This document shows positions 1-13,052 of a stretch of DNA of 64,000 bases, piece by piece. This DNA is from Lama guanicoe (taxonomy: Eukaryota): assembly GCA_013239625.1 (NCBI GenBank), contig MU053934.1:11999413-12063412 (forward strand). The letters are read 5' to 3'. The position numbers and the translations under genes were made by a program. The notes under the pieces were generated by a model. It was not told where the DNA came from. It ran no database searches and saw nothing but the letters and a program-made list of their open reading frames with translations. Position 1 is the stretch's first letter. The number at the start of each line of letters is the position of its first letter.

Positions 1-354
1 GAGACCAGCTCAAAAAACGCAGAGAGGAAAGAATCTTCAGTCAGACTGAACCTGATTGGCAACTGGCGAAGGGGTGCCTGTCAAGATTCTAAGAAAATTG
101 AATCTAGAACCTAGAACACCACACAGTGAAGTCAGCATTCAAGTGAGACAGCAAAGTACAGGTGTCTTCACAGCCTGTAAACATCCACACACACTGTGAG
201 TCTCTCAAGAAGGACTAAAAGATACAACCTAACAAAATGAGAGGTGAGTCCAAGAGAAAGGATGGACACCAACAAAGAAGCCAGTTCATACTGCGTACAG
301 AACAGAGGAGCAACGAGGCCTTCCCAGAGAACACGGAGCTGTGCTCAGTGGTCT

Positions 355-1250
355 ATAGGGACCTGTAATGGAAAGGAATACATGTATACATGTGTGTGAC
401 TGAACCACTATGCTGTGTGCCAGAAACTAACGCAGCATTGTAAATCTAAAAAGAAAAATAGGGGAAAAAAAAGAAGCAGCCAGTTTAGACCATCCAAAGA
501 AAGGTAAGTTGAGAGGGAGCCCCACGTGAGCTCCCGTGGCCTATGGCAGGGGAGCAAGGGGCAGGGAGAGAGCATGCTGAGGTCTTCGTGTTGTCCGAGG
601 CTCATAGGATCTGTGGGGAAAAGTCCAAAATGGTGAGATATCAAGGTTTCCACTAGAAAAATGGAAATAGGATTTATAGATTTCAAAACAGCCTAGGGAG
701 AGCTGAAATGAAGAAAAATTGACAGTGCCTACAAAAAGCAGAAAAGAGGAAAAGATAAATACTTGATAAGTAAGGACCATCGTATGAGATGACAGGAGTA
801 AATTCAAACATTGAGTCTTTGGAGACATGACTGAATTAAGTTCCTCTGTTCAAAGATAGAGACTCTCAAATTAGAATGTAAATATTGTTAAATACCGTTT
901 ACAAGAAACACACCTAAAATGTCACAGAGATTGAAAATAAAAGGATGGAAAGTATGTACCATACAACTTTTATTCCTCAAAAAACCATGAAGAGAATGAA
1001 AAACTAAAGACGAAGGTTTTTGCAACACATACATACCTTGCAAGTGATTAGAATCCAGAATATAGAAAGAACCCTTTCAAGTCTATGAGAAAAAGACAAG
1101 CCCGTAGAAGGATGAGCAGATCCCATAACCAGTTTCCTCGTGGAGAACACAGAAAGGGCCAGCAACCTCTAGCAATTTCAGAAATGCAAGCTAAAAACCA
1201 CATCAATGAGCACTGCTGTTAAAGTCCGACAAGGCCCAGTGATGGCTATG
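355..1250 (+). mobile_element. Decayed L1 fragments
   Basis: An L1 3'-end-like piece (tgactgaaccactatgctgtgtgccagaaactaac...) at about 360-470 and A-rich L1-like pieces downstream; boundaries approximate. Confidence 0.55.
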
Positions 1251-1344
1251 AGGCAGGTCAGCTGAGACTCGCATGTGGTGCTGGCCAGACGTCAGGTGGC
1301 ACTGCTGTCTGGGTAGACAGTATGGCCTTCCTCAGAGAAATTGG

Positions 1345-1700
1345 CCGTGTTCATCAGTTATCTCTTGCTGCATAACAAACCAGCCCCAAAACTTTGTAGC
1401 CCAAAACAAGTCATTCCTTTTGTTCGTGAGTCTGCTGTTTGGGCAAGATTCAGAGGGCTCTGCTGGTCTGTGCCATCCTGCCACCCCCGGGGGCACTTCC
1501 ACCGGGGGCTAAAGAGGCCACAGCCAAGACAGTGCCTCATGTGGCTGACAAGCTGGCTCAGACTATTGTCCGAGGACCTTGGGGACCTCCTCGTGGGAGG
1601 GTGGCCAGATCCCCAGAGCAAGAGTCCCAGGGGAAGCAGGTGGGTACTGGATCACATCGTAGCCTCCGAGGTCACAGCGTCCCTGCTGCACAAAGCCGCC
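1345..1700. mobile_element. MaLR (MLT1-type) LTR relic
   Basis: tcagttatctcttgctgcataacaaaccagccccaaaactttgtagc... is typical of an old MLT1 end. Confidence 0.55.
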
Positions 1701-3924
1701 CAGACTCGGGAGGTGAGAGACACGCCCCGCTTCCTGTGGAAGAAGAGGTGCCTGTTGCGGGGAGACATTGCAGCAGTTTGGGAAACACTTGCTCCCTGCT
1801 GTAGGGTTCGTAGGGTTCAGCTGATACATATTCTGGGGTACGTCCTATGCCAGGAAACCTGCACTGGTCCATCAGGAGATGTGTCAGGGTGCCAAGCAGC
1901 GCTGTTTTTAACAGCAAAAATACTGAGGGGAGACCCTTAAGTGTCCAGGGACAATAAAATGAATAAAGTGAGGTGTGTCCACGTGACGGAATAGCACACA
2001 GCCACTGTGATGAATGAATCACGCCACCTGGAGCCACGGGGCCACATTTCAGACACGTGACGCTAAACAGGAGAAGTGCCCTACAAAGTGAGATTCCTCG
2101 TCCCCTCGGCAGAGCTGGGGGTGTGCGTGTCGGTACATGCACACCAACACACACTTGTACCTTTTCCGCTATCCCCGAATGAACCTTGAGTCCATACTGA
2201 CAGCCTCAGTTCCAATACGACAGATTTCGCTCTGTCCTCCCCCCTTTCTATGTTTATGATTTTCAACAGTGAGAAGCCTCTGCATGCAGCTCGCAGCTCA
2301 ATCCCCATTGTGCGTCTGGCTCTCCCAGCCAGAAACTTGGCCCAAGAGGCACCAACCACCAGCCCCCATCAGATGCATCTTCCAGAGGCTCAGCCCTGGG
2401 GACACCCCTGCCCCTCCTAGCCCACAGCCCCGCACCCACCTCACCCCAGGGTATCTGTGACTGAGAGCTTCAGACTGATGAAGAACAAAGGCAAGGAGAC
2501 ATTGGTGTTACTCTGTAATGTCCTGTTTTCTGGTAGAAGTAATTTTATAAAATCCTTTTTCTTTCTTCTCATTTCACATCTAGCCTTTCATTTAGTAGAC
2601 CAAGCTTTCACAAGCAAACTGAACCTCCTTAAAGTGGCATTTTCTCACTTCAGAATTTGGGAAATATCGTGGTTACTGACTATTCACCTCTAATGGAAAC
2701 CTAGTTATTTGCATAGGTTCAGTGGAAATCGGTCCTGTTTTTTTTAACCAGGATGTAATTAGACAAAATGATTGTGCTTCCACGCCTTCTGTGGGTGTCA
2801 CACCTGAGAGCACATCTCCTGGGGCCCAGCCTGACCCACCCACCTCGAGAACAAGGGTTATAGCTTCTGTGCTGAGCCAGGGCCACAGCCCACACCAGGA
2901 CCTGTACTGTGCACCAGGTCTCAGTCTTACAAGCCGCAAGGAGACTTCCCTCCTCGCCCAGCTGCTGCAGGCAGACCGGAGGGAGAGTCCTTTGGCTCGG
3001 TTTCCTAACCTAGGAACAGAAGAGCCTGCAAGAAAAATGAAACCTCAGGTGTGAGAGAGGCTCGACCCTACATTTCTGGGGATGACACCTCCAGACAGAA
3101 GCTGACTTTCCGGCCTTGGTCGTTGGGTGACCTCACATGGCTTAGACATGCCAGCCAGCAGGGAGGTGCAAGCGTGTTAATTACCACTTCTCCCCTCACC
3201 CGTGGGGGTGAATCAGGTCCAAACACGAGACCAGCCTTCTGCGACATTATGTAACATCACAGAGGGGGCTAATGAAAATTTTCCAAAACATCAGTGAGCA
3301 GAGGGCAGTGGTGGGTCCTTCCGACGGGAGGCTGGGTGTGGTCTGGCAAAGCTGCCAAGGTGGGTTTTAGATTCTCTAGGGTGTGCGGCTGTGTCACTTG
3401 CTCTATTTCACTATTGGTGATGCTTTTTACAACTCTGTAAGTGTGGCCTTTAGCTTGCAGAGAATGGGTGGCCAGGTCATGTGATTCTTGTCTGATAGCA
3501 AGTGAATTTTGCCCAGGGATAAGTGGCAGAAATTATCTCTGTAGAAAAGATTAGTTAGAAGAGGTTGCAGTTGTACGGCCCTGTAGGACATTCACCAATT
3601 TTCAATCTAAATTAGCCAGCTCAGTCAAACAAGCTTTTTTCAGCCACTACAAGTTCTTCCCTCTCGCAAGTCTTTTGAACCAGCCTCACCAACCACCAAT
3701 GCCAGTTTCCTTATGAACAATTTAAATAAATCTTTAACACATCCTCATTTTAGAGCCATAGAGTCATACGTTTAACTTTTTGAAAACGGTGCTTTGGCAT
3801 CTCCTGTATCTAGCTGCCTCCCCAGCATCTCCTCTGCAATGTCTGCTCGGCACACCAAACTCATCGTGCCTGGCCTCCATCCCCAAACGTCTCCTCTGCT
3901 GCCTTCACCGTCTTCACCCCGCCC

Positions 3925-4305
3925 CCCCCCAGAAAAAATGTACATCAGCATCCTAATCTCTGCACCGTGAACGGGACCTGCCTTGGAAGCAGGGTCTTTG
4001 CAGGTGATCAAGTTAAGGTGAGGTCATCGGGGCCTGATCCAGGGATGCGTCCCGTAAGAACACACACCCGGGGAGAGGGCCACGTGACAACAGAGGGCGG
4101 GGCTACGGGGCCGCAGCTGCACGCCCAGGAACGCCGAGAAGCCGGAAGAGGCAGGAAGCATCCTCCCCCACGGGTTTCAGAGGGAGGCAGCCCTGCCGGC
4201 TCCTCAATCTCAGACGTCCAGCCTCCGGGACGGGGAGACAGCGGTCTCCGTGGCTGACACGCCGGGCTGCGGCGCTCTGTCACGGCCGCCCAGGGTACTG
4301 ATCTA
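3925..4305 (+). mobile_element. MaLR (MLT1-type) LTR
   Basis: cccccagaaaaaatgtacatcagcatcctaatc...gtctttgcaggtgatcaagttaaggtgaggtcat...ggaagaggcaggaagcatcctcccc...gacgtccagcctcc pattern. Confidence 0.75.
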
Positions 4306-4634
4306 CCGCCTGTGTAATGGTGACTCCATGCTTCCAGAGTGAGACAGTCTCCCTACTCACATTTGAGCCATCAGCAAATCCTGTGAGCTCCCCCTTCAAA
4401 ATGTGTCCAGAACCCGCCCCATGTCACCACCTCCTCTGTCCCTACCCCGGGGCCAGGCACTGTTGTCTCTCACCCGGGTCATCCAGGTGTCCTGGCTAGT
4501 CTCTCGGCTTCCCCCCCGGCAGCTCCGTATCTTGTTTCTGCCCAGCAGCCCAAGCCATACGGCCACTACTGTGCTGAGAACCTCCCAGTGGCTCCCCATC
4601 TCTCTCAGAGCAAAAGCCAAAGTCCTCCCGTCGA

Positions 4635-5495
4635 CAACCAAAAAAATAACTCAATTAAGGAATGGGCAAAGGACTTGAATAGACAGTTCTCTAGAGAAGA
4701 CATACAGATGGCCAATAAGCACATGAAAAGTTGCTCAACGTCATTAGCCACCAAGGAAATGCAAATCAAAACCACGCTGGGTTACCACCTCACACCCTCT
4801 AGCATGGCTGGAATCAGAAAGTCAGATAGTAACAAGTGCTGGTGAGGATGTGGAGAACTTGCGACCCTCTTGCCTGGCGGGTGGGAATGAAGAGCGGTAC
4901 AGAGCTCTGGAAGGCTGCTGGGCAGCCCCTCACAATGCTAAACACAGAGCTACCATGTGACCAGCAGTTCCACTTCTAGGTTTAGGCTCAAGAGAAAGGA
5001 AAATGCACGTCCTCACAGAACTTGTGCATGAGCATTCATATGCGTGCTAGCCAAAATGTGGAAACAAACCAAATGTCCATCAACTGATGAATGGATAAAT
5101 AAAATGTGGTCCAGCCATAAATCGAATACTGTGTGCCAGTGAAGTGCAACAGAGCACCGCAACGTGCTAGGACAGGGACGAACCTTGAAAATGTTGTGCA
5201 AAGTGAAAGAAGCTACAAGGCCACAGACTGCCTAGTTCCATTTACATGAAATGCCCAGAACAGGCAAATCCATGGAGACAGAAAGCAGATTAGTGGTCGC
5301 CAAGACCTTGGGGGAGGGGAGATGGGGAGTGACTGCAGATGGGTGTGGAGTTTCTTGGGGGATGCTGAAAAAGTTCTAGAACTGACTGTGGTAAGGGTTG
5401 CACAACCCTGTGCAATTACTAAAAGCCACTGAATTGTACATTTTCAACGACTGAACTGTAGGGTATGTGAATTATATCTCAATAAAGCTGTTTTC
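4635..5495 (+). mobile_element. L1 3' end (ORF2 C-terminus and 3' UTR)
   Basis: Translates to [40 protein letters not shown] (L1 ORF2p C-terminus); ends tgtgaattatatctcaataaagctg. Confidence 0.9.
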
Positions 5496-7336
5496 ATTGA
5501 ATAAATAACTACATAAATTTAAAAATTAAGAATAACATCAGAGACTTCTTGTTCAGGAGTGGATGATGTAGACTCATCTCTTCCTGTTCCTCTGACTAAA
5601 AATAACTTTAAAAATTGAGAAATAATACAGCAGACAAATTACAGGACTCTGGTAGGTAAAGAAAAATACAACTGAAGGGAAAACAAAGCAGCCTGGAATC
5701 TCCCATCCCCACCAGAGGCCCAGTGTCCGGGCACCCTCCCACCCCGCACCCTGGGGAAGCCCGGCTGTCCTCCCACGGGGAAACTGAGCAGGAACCCTGC
5801 TGGCACCAGGTCTCAGGAAGCATCCTCCATTCTGTGGGTCAAACCTCTCCCACTCTCCACCCACCAGCTCTGGGCAGCCTGGAGAATCTCCTCTGTCCCC
5901 ACAGGCAACACCAGCAAAATGCAGTGGAAACTCCAGTGGCACCAGATGAACAAAACATACCAGAATAGACATGCATGGGCTCTGAAAACTAAATTATCGT
6001 TGGAACCACAACCCACAAAAGTAGGCCAGGACGTGTTTCACCTAAACAGTAGCAGGGTGACTGCCTGCTAAAATAGAAGACTTAAACAGGATTCAGAGTC
6101 TCCCAACATGATATCCAAACCATTTAGATTATAATTTTGAAAATCACTTGTCATACCAAGAATGTAAATGAGAGAAAACAGTCAACAGATACCAACACTG
6201 AGATGAATCAGATGTTGGTGTTACCTGATGGGGGTTGTAAAGCAGCCATCACAAAAATGCTTCAACAAGCAATCACAAGTTATCCTGAAATAAATTAAAA
6301 AAAAAAAAGAAGGAGGAGAAGGAGAAGAAGAATGAAAATCTTACCATAGAAGCCAGTTCTTAAAAAAGAGGGGAATAGATTATAGAACTGAAAAATACAC
6401 CAAAATTTAAAACTCACTGAATGGGCTCAATAACACAATGAGTATGACAGGAAAAAGAGTCCATGAACTAGAAGATACACAGTAGAAATTACTCAATCTG
6501 AACAACTGAGAGAAAACAGACTGAAGTGGGAAAAAAAAGAACAAAGCTTCAGGAACTTGCGGTTCTATAAACACAAATAAATCTAACATTTGTGTCATTG
6601 GATTCCAGAAGGAGAGGAGAAAGTGTGAGGCTGAAAAAGTATTTGAAGAACTAAATGGGAGAAACATTCCAAATTTGGCAAAAGACATAAACCTACACAT
6701 TCAAGAAGCTGAGTGAATACCAAACAAGATAAATCCAAAGAAATATACACCACACACACATGATTAAACTCCTAAAAACTAGTGCCAAAGAGAAAATCTT
6801 GAAAGCACAGAGAAATAGCACACTGCGTTGAAGGGAAGAACAACTGGAATAACGGTGGGGTTTTTATCAGAAACCACGGAGGCCAGGAGGAAGTGGCGTA
6901 TTTTTCAAATGCTGAAAGGAAAGGACTGTCAACCATGAATTGTAGATCTAGTGAAAATATGCTTCAGGAATGAAGGGGAAATAAAAACACTCACAGACAA
7001 AGAAAACTAAAATAATTTGTCACTGGCAGAACCACCCTTAAAGAAAAGCTAAAGGAAGTTCTTCAAACAGAAAAGAAGTGATAACAGAAGGCTTGGAACT
7101 TCAGGAAGGAAAGAAGAAGAATGGAAGGGGTAAGACAGAGGTACATATGATGATAATTATCCTTCTAGTCATGAGTTGCTGACATCGTACAGGATGGTTG
7201 AAGCAAAACTTACAACACTATCTGGTGTGCTGTTAAATGTATGCATCGGAAATACTTCAGATAATCCTATTTTTTAAATGAGGATGGTAAAGGGAGCTAA
7301 ATGAAAGTAAGGGTTTTACACATCACTCAAAGTGCT

Positions 7337-7535
7337 AAAATTATATCAATAGGGCCCTCTCTCTCCTCCTTCGGAGACAGCCTGCACTCTGTCTATGGAG
7401 TGTGTACCTACTTTTACTTTAATCTGAGCACCCAACCCCCACACTTCGTGGCCTTTCTCTCGTCTTTCAATGTATCTCTCTAAACAAATCTACCTTTACT
7501 CAAAAATAAATAAATAAATAAAATTATATCAATAG
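7337..7535 (+). mobile_element. Retroposed ERV-LTR transcript fragment with A-rich tail and 16-bp target-site duplication
   Basis: aaaattatatcaatag at 7337-7352 and 7520-7535 flanks about 150 bp similar to 44385-44550, plus an aaaaataaataaataaat tail. Confidence 0.8.
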
Positions 7536-8762
7536 TCTGTGGTAATTTATTTACATATATTGTAATACCCAGAGAGCCACTGAGAAAACTAAAACAAAAT
7601 GTCATACTCAAAAACACTGTAAAAATCAAAATGGAATTCTAAAACATGTTCAGTATCCCACAGGAAGGCAAGAGAAGTGAAAGAGAAAAGTGATTAAGAG
7701 AGGAAACAAACAGAAAACAAATAATAAAATGGCACACTTGAGCCTTAAAATAGCAAAGTTTTAAATGGAAATGTCTAAATGCACTGATTAAAACACAGAT
7801 TGTTAGAGTGGATTTTAAAAAACACAACTCAATTATATGCTGTCTACAGGAAGCTCACTTCAAACATAACGACATAGGTAGAGTAAGAATAAAAGAATGA
7901 AAAAAGACTAATCCAAATATTAGCCAAAAATGTAAGACTGGCTATAGTATATTATTTACTACATATTATTATGTACACTATATACTATATTCATATTTAT
8001 TATATATTAAAATCAGATAACATAAAGAAAATTACTAGGAACAAAGAGGAGCATTACATGATGATAAAAGGATCAATCCAGCTGCATGATATAATAACCT
8101 TAAATATTTATGCACCAAACAACAGAGCTAAAAATATATAAAGCAACAAAATGATAGAGCTGAAGAAGAAAAAGACAAATCCAACCTTATAGTTAGGGAC
8201 TGCCACTCCCCACTCTCAGCAACTGATAGGACTTCTAGACAGAAAGTCAACAAAGACATGGAAGAACTCAACACCGTCATCAACCAACAGGATCTAAACG
8301 ACATTTACAGAACTCCAGCAAACAAAAGCAGAATAAACATCCTTTTCAAAAACCCATGTAACATTATCCAACATAGACCATATCCTGGGTCATAAAACAA
8401 ACCCCAGGAAATTTAAAAGGATAGAAATCACATAGGGTATGTTCTCTGATCATAATAGAATCAAACTAGAAATCAACAGCAGAAAGACCACAAGAAAACA
8501 TCCAGATATTTGGAAACTAAACAATAAACTTCTAAATAAGCCATGGGTCAAAAAGGAATCCTCAAGGAGATTTTTTTAGTATTGAACTGAATAAAACAGA
8601 AATACATTATATTAAAATTTCTGAGAGACAACTAAAGCAGCACTGAGAGAAAAATCTATAGCACTAGATATGTATCTGAGAAAGAGGGAAAGGTTCAAAT
8701 CAATCATTTAAGCTCCCATCTTAAGAACCTACACACACATACAATAAAAAGAGCAAAAATAA

Positions 8763-8890
8763 GGGGGGGAGGTCTAGCTCAGTGGTAGAGCATGTGCATA
8801 GCATGCAGGAGGTCCTGGGTTCAATCCCCAGTACTTCCAATAAAAAATACATAAATAAATGAAACCTAAAAAAGAAAGAAAGAAAAAAGA
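8763..8890 (+). mobile_element. tRNA-Ala-derived SINE (camelid vic-1 type)
   Basis: ggggggaggtctagctcagtggtagagcatgtgcatagcatgcaggaggtcctgggttcaatccccagtacttcca with A-box and B-box, followed by an A-rich tail. Confidence 0.85.
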
Positions 8891-9133
8891 AGCACAAAGC
8901 AAGCGTAAGGAAGAAGATTATACAAATTAGAGTAGAAATCAATGGAACTGAAAACAGAAAAACTAGAGACAAAGATTTTTTAACAGAGCTGGTTCTTTGA
9001 AAAGATCGATGAAATTGACAAATCTCAGGCAAGACTGACAAAGAAGTAAAAGAGGAGAAGACAAGTCACCAATATCAAGAATGAAACAGGAGACATCACT
9101 TCAGATCCTATAAACATAGATGAATAAGAGAAT

Positions 9134-9493
9134 TGTGATGGTTAATTTTATGTGTCAACATGGCTGGGCTGCAGTGCCCAGATATTATTCTGGAGATTAT
9201 TGTGAGGGTGCTTTTGGATGAGATTTAGAATTAAATCAATAGATTTTGAGTAGGTGGGCCTTATCCAATCAGTAGGAGGCCTGAACAGACAAAAGGCTGA
9301 CCTCTGGCAAACAAGAGGGAATTCCCCAGCAGACTGCCTTCTGCGTTCACCTACAACATCGGCTCCTCCTGGTTCTATGGCAGACAACCTTTGGACTTGA
9401 ACTTTGACCCTCTCCTGAGTCTCCAGCCTGCTGGTCGCCTTCATCAGATTTTGAACCCACCAAGCCTCTGTGATCTCATGAGCCTGTTGCTTC

Positions 9494-9541
<48 letters not shown>

Positions 9542-9580
9542 ATCTCCTATTGGTTCTGTTTCTCTGGAAAACTCTCATCA
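9134..9580 (+). mobile_element. MLT2-type (ERVL) solo LTR containing a (TG)n microsatellite at about 9497-9532
   Basis: Starts tgtgatggttaattttatgtgtcaac and ends ctcctattggttctgtttctctggaaaac, the characteristic MLT2 termini. Confidence 0.85.
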
Positions 9581-12500
9581 TAAAAAGAAAGAAAAAAAAA
9601 GAAAGACAAATAACCAATATTGGGAAGAAAATAAGGGATGTCACTATGAGCTCTACACGCAGTAAAAAGATAACAAGAAAATACTATGAACAACTCAACA
9701 GACACAAATTTGACAACTCAGATGAAATGAACTAATATCTTAAAAAACATAAACTACCACCCAAAATAAAATAGATAATTTGAAGAGCCATATAACTGCT
9801 AACAAAGTTGAATTCATAACTTTAAAACTCAAAAGAGAGAAGAAATCTCCAGGCCCAGATGGTTTCAGTGGAGACTTCTCAAATTGTTACACAAGAATCA
9901 ATACCAATTCTACACAACCTCTTCCAGAAAAAAGAAAAAAAGGGAACACTTCCAAATTAATTTTATGAAGCAAGCATTATCCTGATATCAAAACCAAAGA
10001 GAGACAGTATCAAAAAAAGAAAACTACAGACCAAAGTCCTTCATAATACAAATACAAAATCCAACAAAATATTAGTAAGTGGAATTCGGTAAAGTGTAAA
10101 ATACATACGTGTGCAAACACACCATGACCACGTGGGGTTCATGCCAAGCCTGCCAGGATGGTTCAATACTCGAAAATAAATTAATGTGACCCATCATATT
10201 AACAGTCTACAGTAGAAAAATTACATGATATCAGTCAATCCACAAAAGACATACGACAAAATTCAACACCCATACATGGTTAAAGACCCTCAGAAAAGTA
10301 GCAATAGAGCGGAATGAGCTCAACTTGGTAAAGATCAACTATAACTAAGCTACAGCTAACATTTTTCGTGATGAAAGCCTGAATGTTTTCCTCCTAAAAT
10401 CAGAAACAATCCTTAATCACCACAGTGTTGGACGTACTAGCCAGTGCAAGAAGACAAGAAAAGGGGGGAATGCATTTATCTCTGAAAGGAAGAAATAAAA
10501 CCATCTCTATCTGCAGATGACATGATTCTCTACATGAATATCCCAAAGAATCTACCAGTAAAATTCCTAGAACTAATGTGAGTTCAGCCAGGTCTCAGAA
10601 TACAATATAAACATTTTTTAAAAAATCAATTGTATTTGTACATGCTAGCAATGAATATAAGGACACTGAAATTAAGAATATAACATCATTTACAATGATT
10701 CAAAATAAAATGAAAAACTAAGTGTAATTCTAACAAAACATATGCAGAGCTTGTATGCTGGAAACAATAAAATGCTGATGAAAGAAATCAGATCTAAACA
10801 AATGGAGACACATAGCATTTTCATGGTTAGAAGATAAACATAATGAAAACGCCAGCTCTCTCCAAACTGATATACAAGTTTAACACAATTCCTATCAAAA
10901 CCCCAGCCAGGTTTTCTGTAGATATGGACAAGATTATTCCCAGATGTATATGGAATGGCAAAGGAACTATAATGCCTAAAAATTTTTTTGAAAAAGAAAA
11001 TAAAGTGGGAGGACTCAGTCTACCCAACCTCAAGACTGATTATAGCTCTGGTGATCAAGGCTGTGGTGTTGGCCAAGGGATAGACACACAGATCAATGGA
11101 ATGAAATAGAGAACCCAGAAACAGACCCACACAAATATGTCCAAATGGCTTTTGACCGACATGTAAAAGCATTGTAATGGAGGGAGGATAGCCTTTCAAC
11201 AAATCATGCTGAAGAAAGGAGGAGGGAGGGGGAGGGCGGGGGAGGAGGAGAATGGTTTCATAACTTATTCAAAATTTAACTCAAAATGGATCACAAACTT
11301 TGATGTAAAGCTATAAAACTTTCAGGGAAAATTATGGGAGAAAATCCTCAGGATCTAGGCAAAACGTTCTTAACTTGACACTAAAAGCAAAAGACGTAAA
11401 AGAAAATGTTGATAAACTAGATCTCGTCCAAATGTAAGACTTGTCTGTGAAAGACCCTGTGAAGAGGAGGAAAAGGCAAGCTGCAGACTGGGAAAAATAT
11501 CTGCCCATCGTCTGACAGCGGACTAGTGTACAGAATATATAAAAACTCTCAAAATTCAAAACTCAGCAGTAAAAAATAAATAAATGAATAATCCAACTTT
11601 AAAAATCGGCGAGAGATACGAAGAGACATTTCAAGGAGGAACATATCCAGATGTCAGTGAAGAACATGCAAACTCGCCACCACAGCAGCAGGAGACACCA
11701 CACCTGCTACAATGACAGAAATGCAGAGCTGTGACCACGAGCTGTGCTGGAGGGGATGTGGCAACCCCGGATGGCGCACATGTGCTAGCGTGGACGGCAA
11801 ATGGCATAGCCTCTCTGGAAAACAGCTTATCCGTTTCCTCAGAAACTAAACATGCAGCTACCGTACAACCCAGTGATTATCCCAGAGAAATGAGACTTCT
11901 GTTCACACCAAAACCTGTGCACCAATGGTCGTAGGGGCTTCATCTGTAATCGACCAAAACTGGAACCAGCCCAGATGTCCTCCAACGGTGTTGGCTGAAC
12001 AAACGGCGGTCCATCCACACCACGGACCACTAACCACTGAGCAACAGAGGGGGACGGGTATCCACACTCACAACAGTGCAGATCAGTGTCTGGGGAATTA
12101 TGCTGAGCAAAATGGCCAATCCCGAAAGGTTATGTACTATTCGATTCCACCCGTGGGACACTAAAATGACACAACCTTAGGAAGGGAGGACAGATTCGCG
12201 GTTGTCTGGGATGAGTTGGCGAGGTGGCGGCAGGAGCAGGCTCTGTTGGAACTCTTCAGTTTCTTGACTGTGGAGTCACAAACCAGCCTGGCAGACAAAA
12301 TTGCACAGAATTTCACACACACACACAAGTACAAGTAAAACTGGGGAAGCTGGAGCCAGATCAGTGGGTGGCATCAGTGTCACTATCCTGGCTGCCATAT
12401 TCTACTTCTGTTTTATGAAATGTTAGCTACCACTGGGGCAAATGGTCTCAGGTGGACAAGCGATCCTTCTGCATTATTTGTTAGAATTGCATGTAAACCT

Positions 12501-12929
12501 GTAATTACCTCAATGCAATTTTCAATTTTAAAAAATCTATTGCTAGCAATGTTTTCTGAAAAAATAACTAAAGGGTCTGCAAAGGCACAAGAGGAGACAT
12601 GCTCCTCTGGGAATCATTGCTGATGGGGAACCGGACACGTCTGGGATCCGAACCCAGAGCTGTGTGCTCGCCGTGAAAAATTACCCTGCACGATCAGTAT
12701 GTATACTTGCAAGTAGCTATTTTGTTAAGTGGAAACAGCAGATTAGAAACAAGTACATGTAGTAAAAATCTCTTTTCTAAAAATCTACAGCTTTGTGTGT
12801 GAAGCCTGGGCAAGACACACACCTGTATTTGAAAGTGTCTTTTGTGGGGCATGATCATAGATAGTTCTCAGGTTTTCTTTATTTGGTGTTGGCTGGACTG
12901 TGTATAGGGGACAGCATTCCTGTTTTGGT

Positions 12930-13052
12930 TAGGATTGCTAGATAAAATACAGCACACCTAGTTACATTTTAAACTCAGATAAACAACAATTTTTTACTCT
13001 GAGGATGTCCCATGCAATATCTATACTTTTGTCTGCAAATCTGGCAACCCTA
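12930..13052. mobile_element. MER53-like hAT MITE (internally deleted)
   Basis: Terminal inverted repeats taggattgctagat ... atctggcaacccta with internal cagataaacaacaa. Confidence 0.75.

Larger units (their letters stand above)
6050..12535 (+). mobile_element. Long decayed L1 (ORF1 3' part, ORF2 endonuclease/RT remnants, 3' UTR) with nested insertions
   Basis: A-rich plus strand with remnants such as KKSPGPDGFSG, LIYKFNTIPIK..DKII..IWNGK and many stops or frameshifts. Interrupted by insertions at 7353, 8763 and 9134. Confidence 0.9.

Noticed and set aside
8763..8839. Possible tRNA-Ala gene
   Set aside because: Mismatched stems, an A-rich SINE tail, insertion inside an L1 and two diverged sister copies in the window show it is a SINE.
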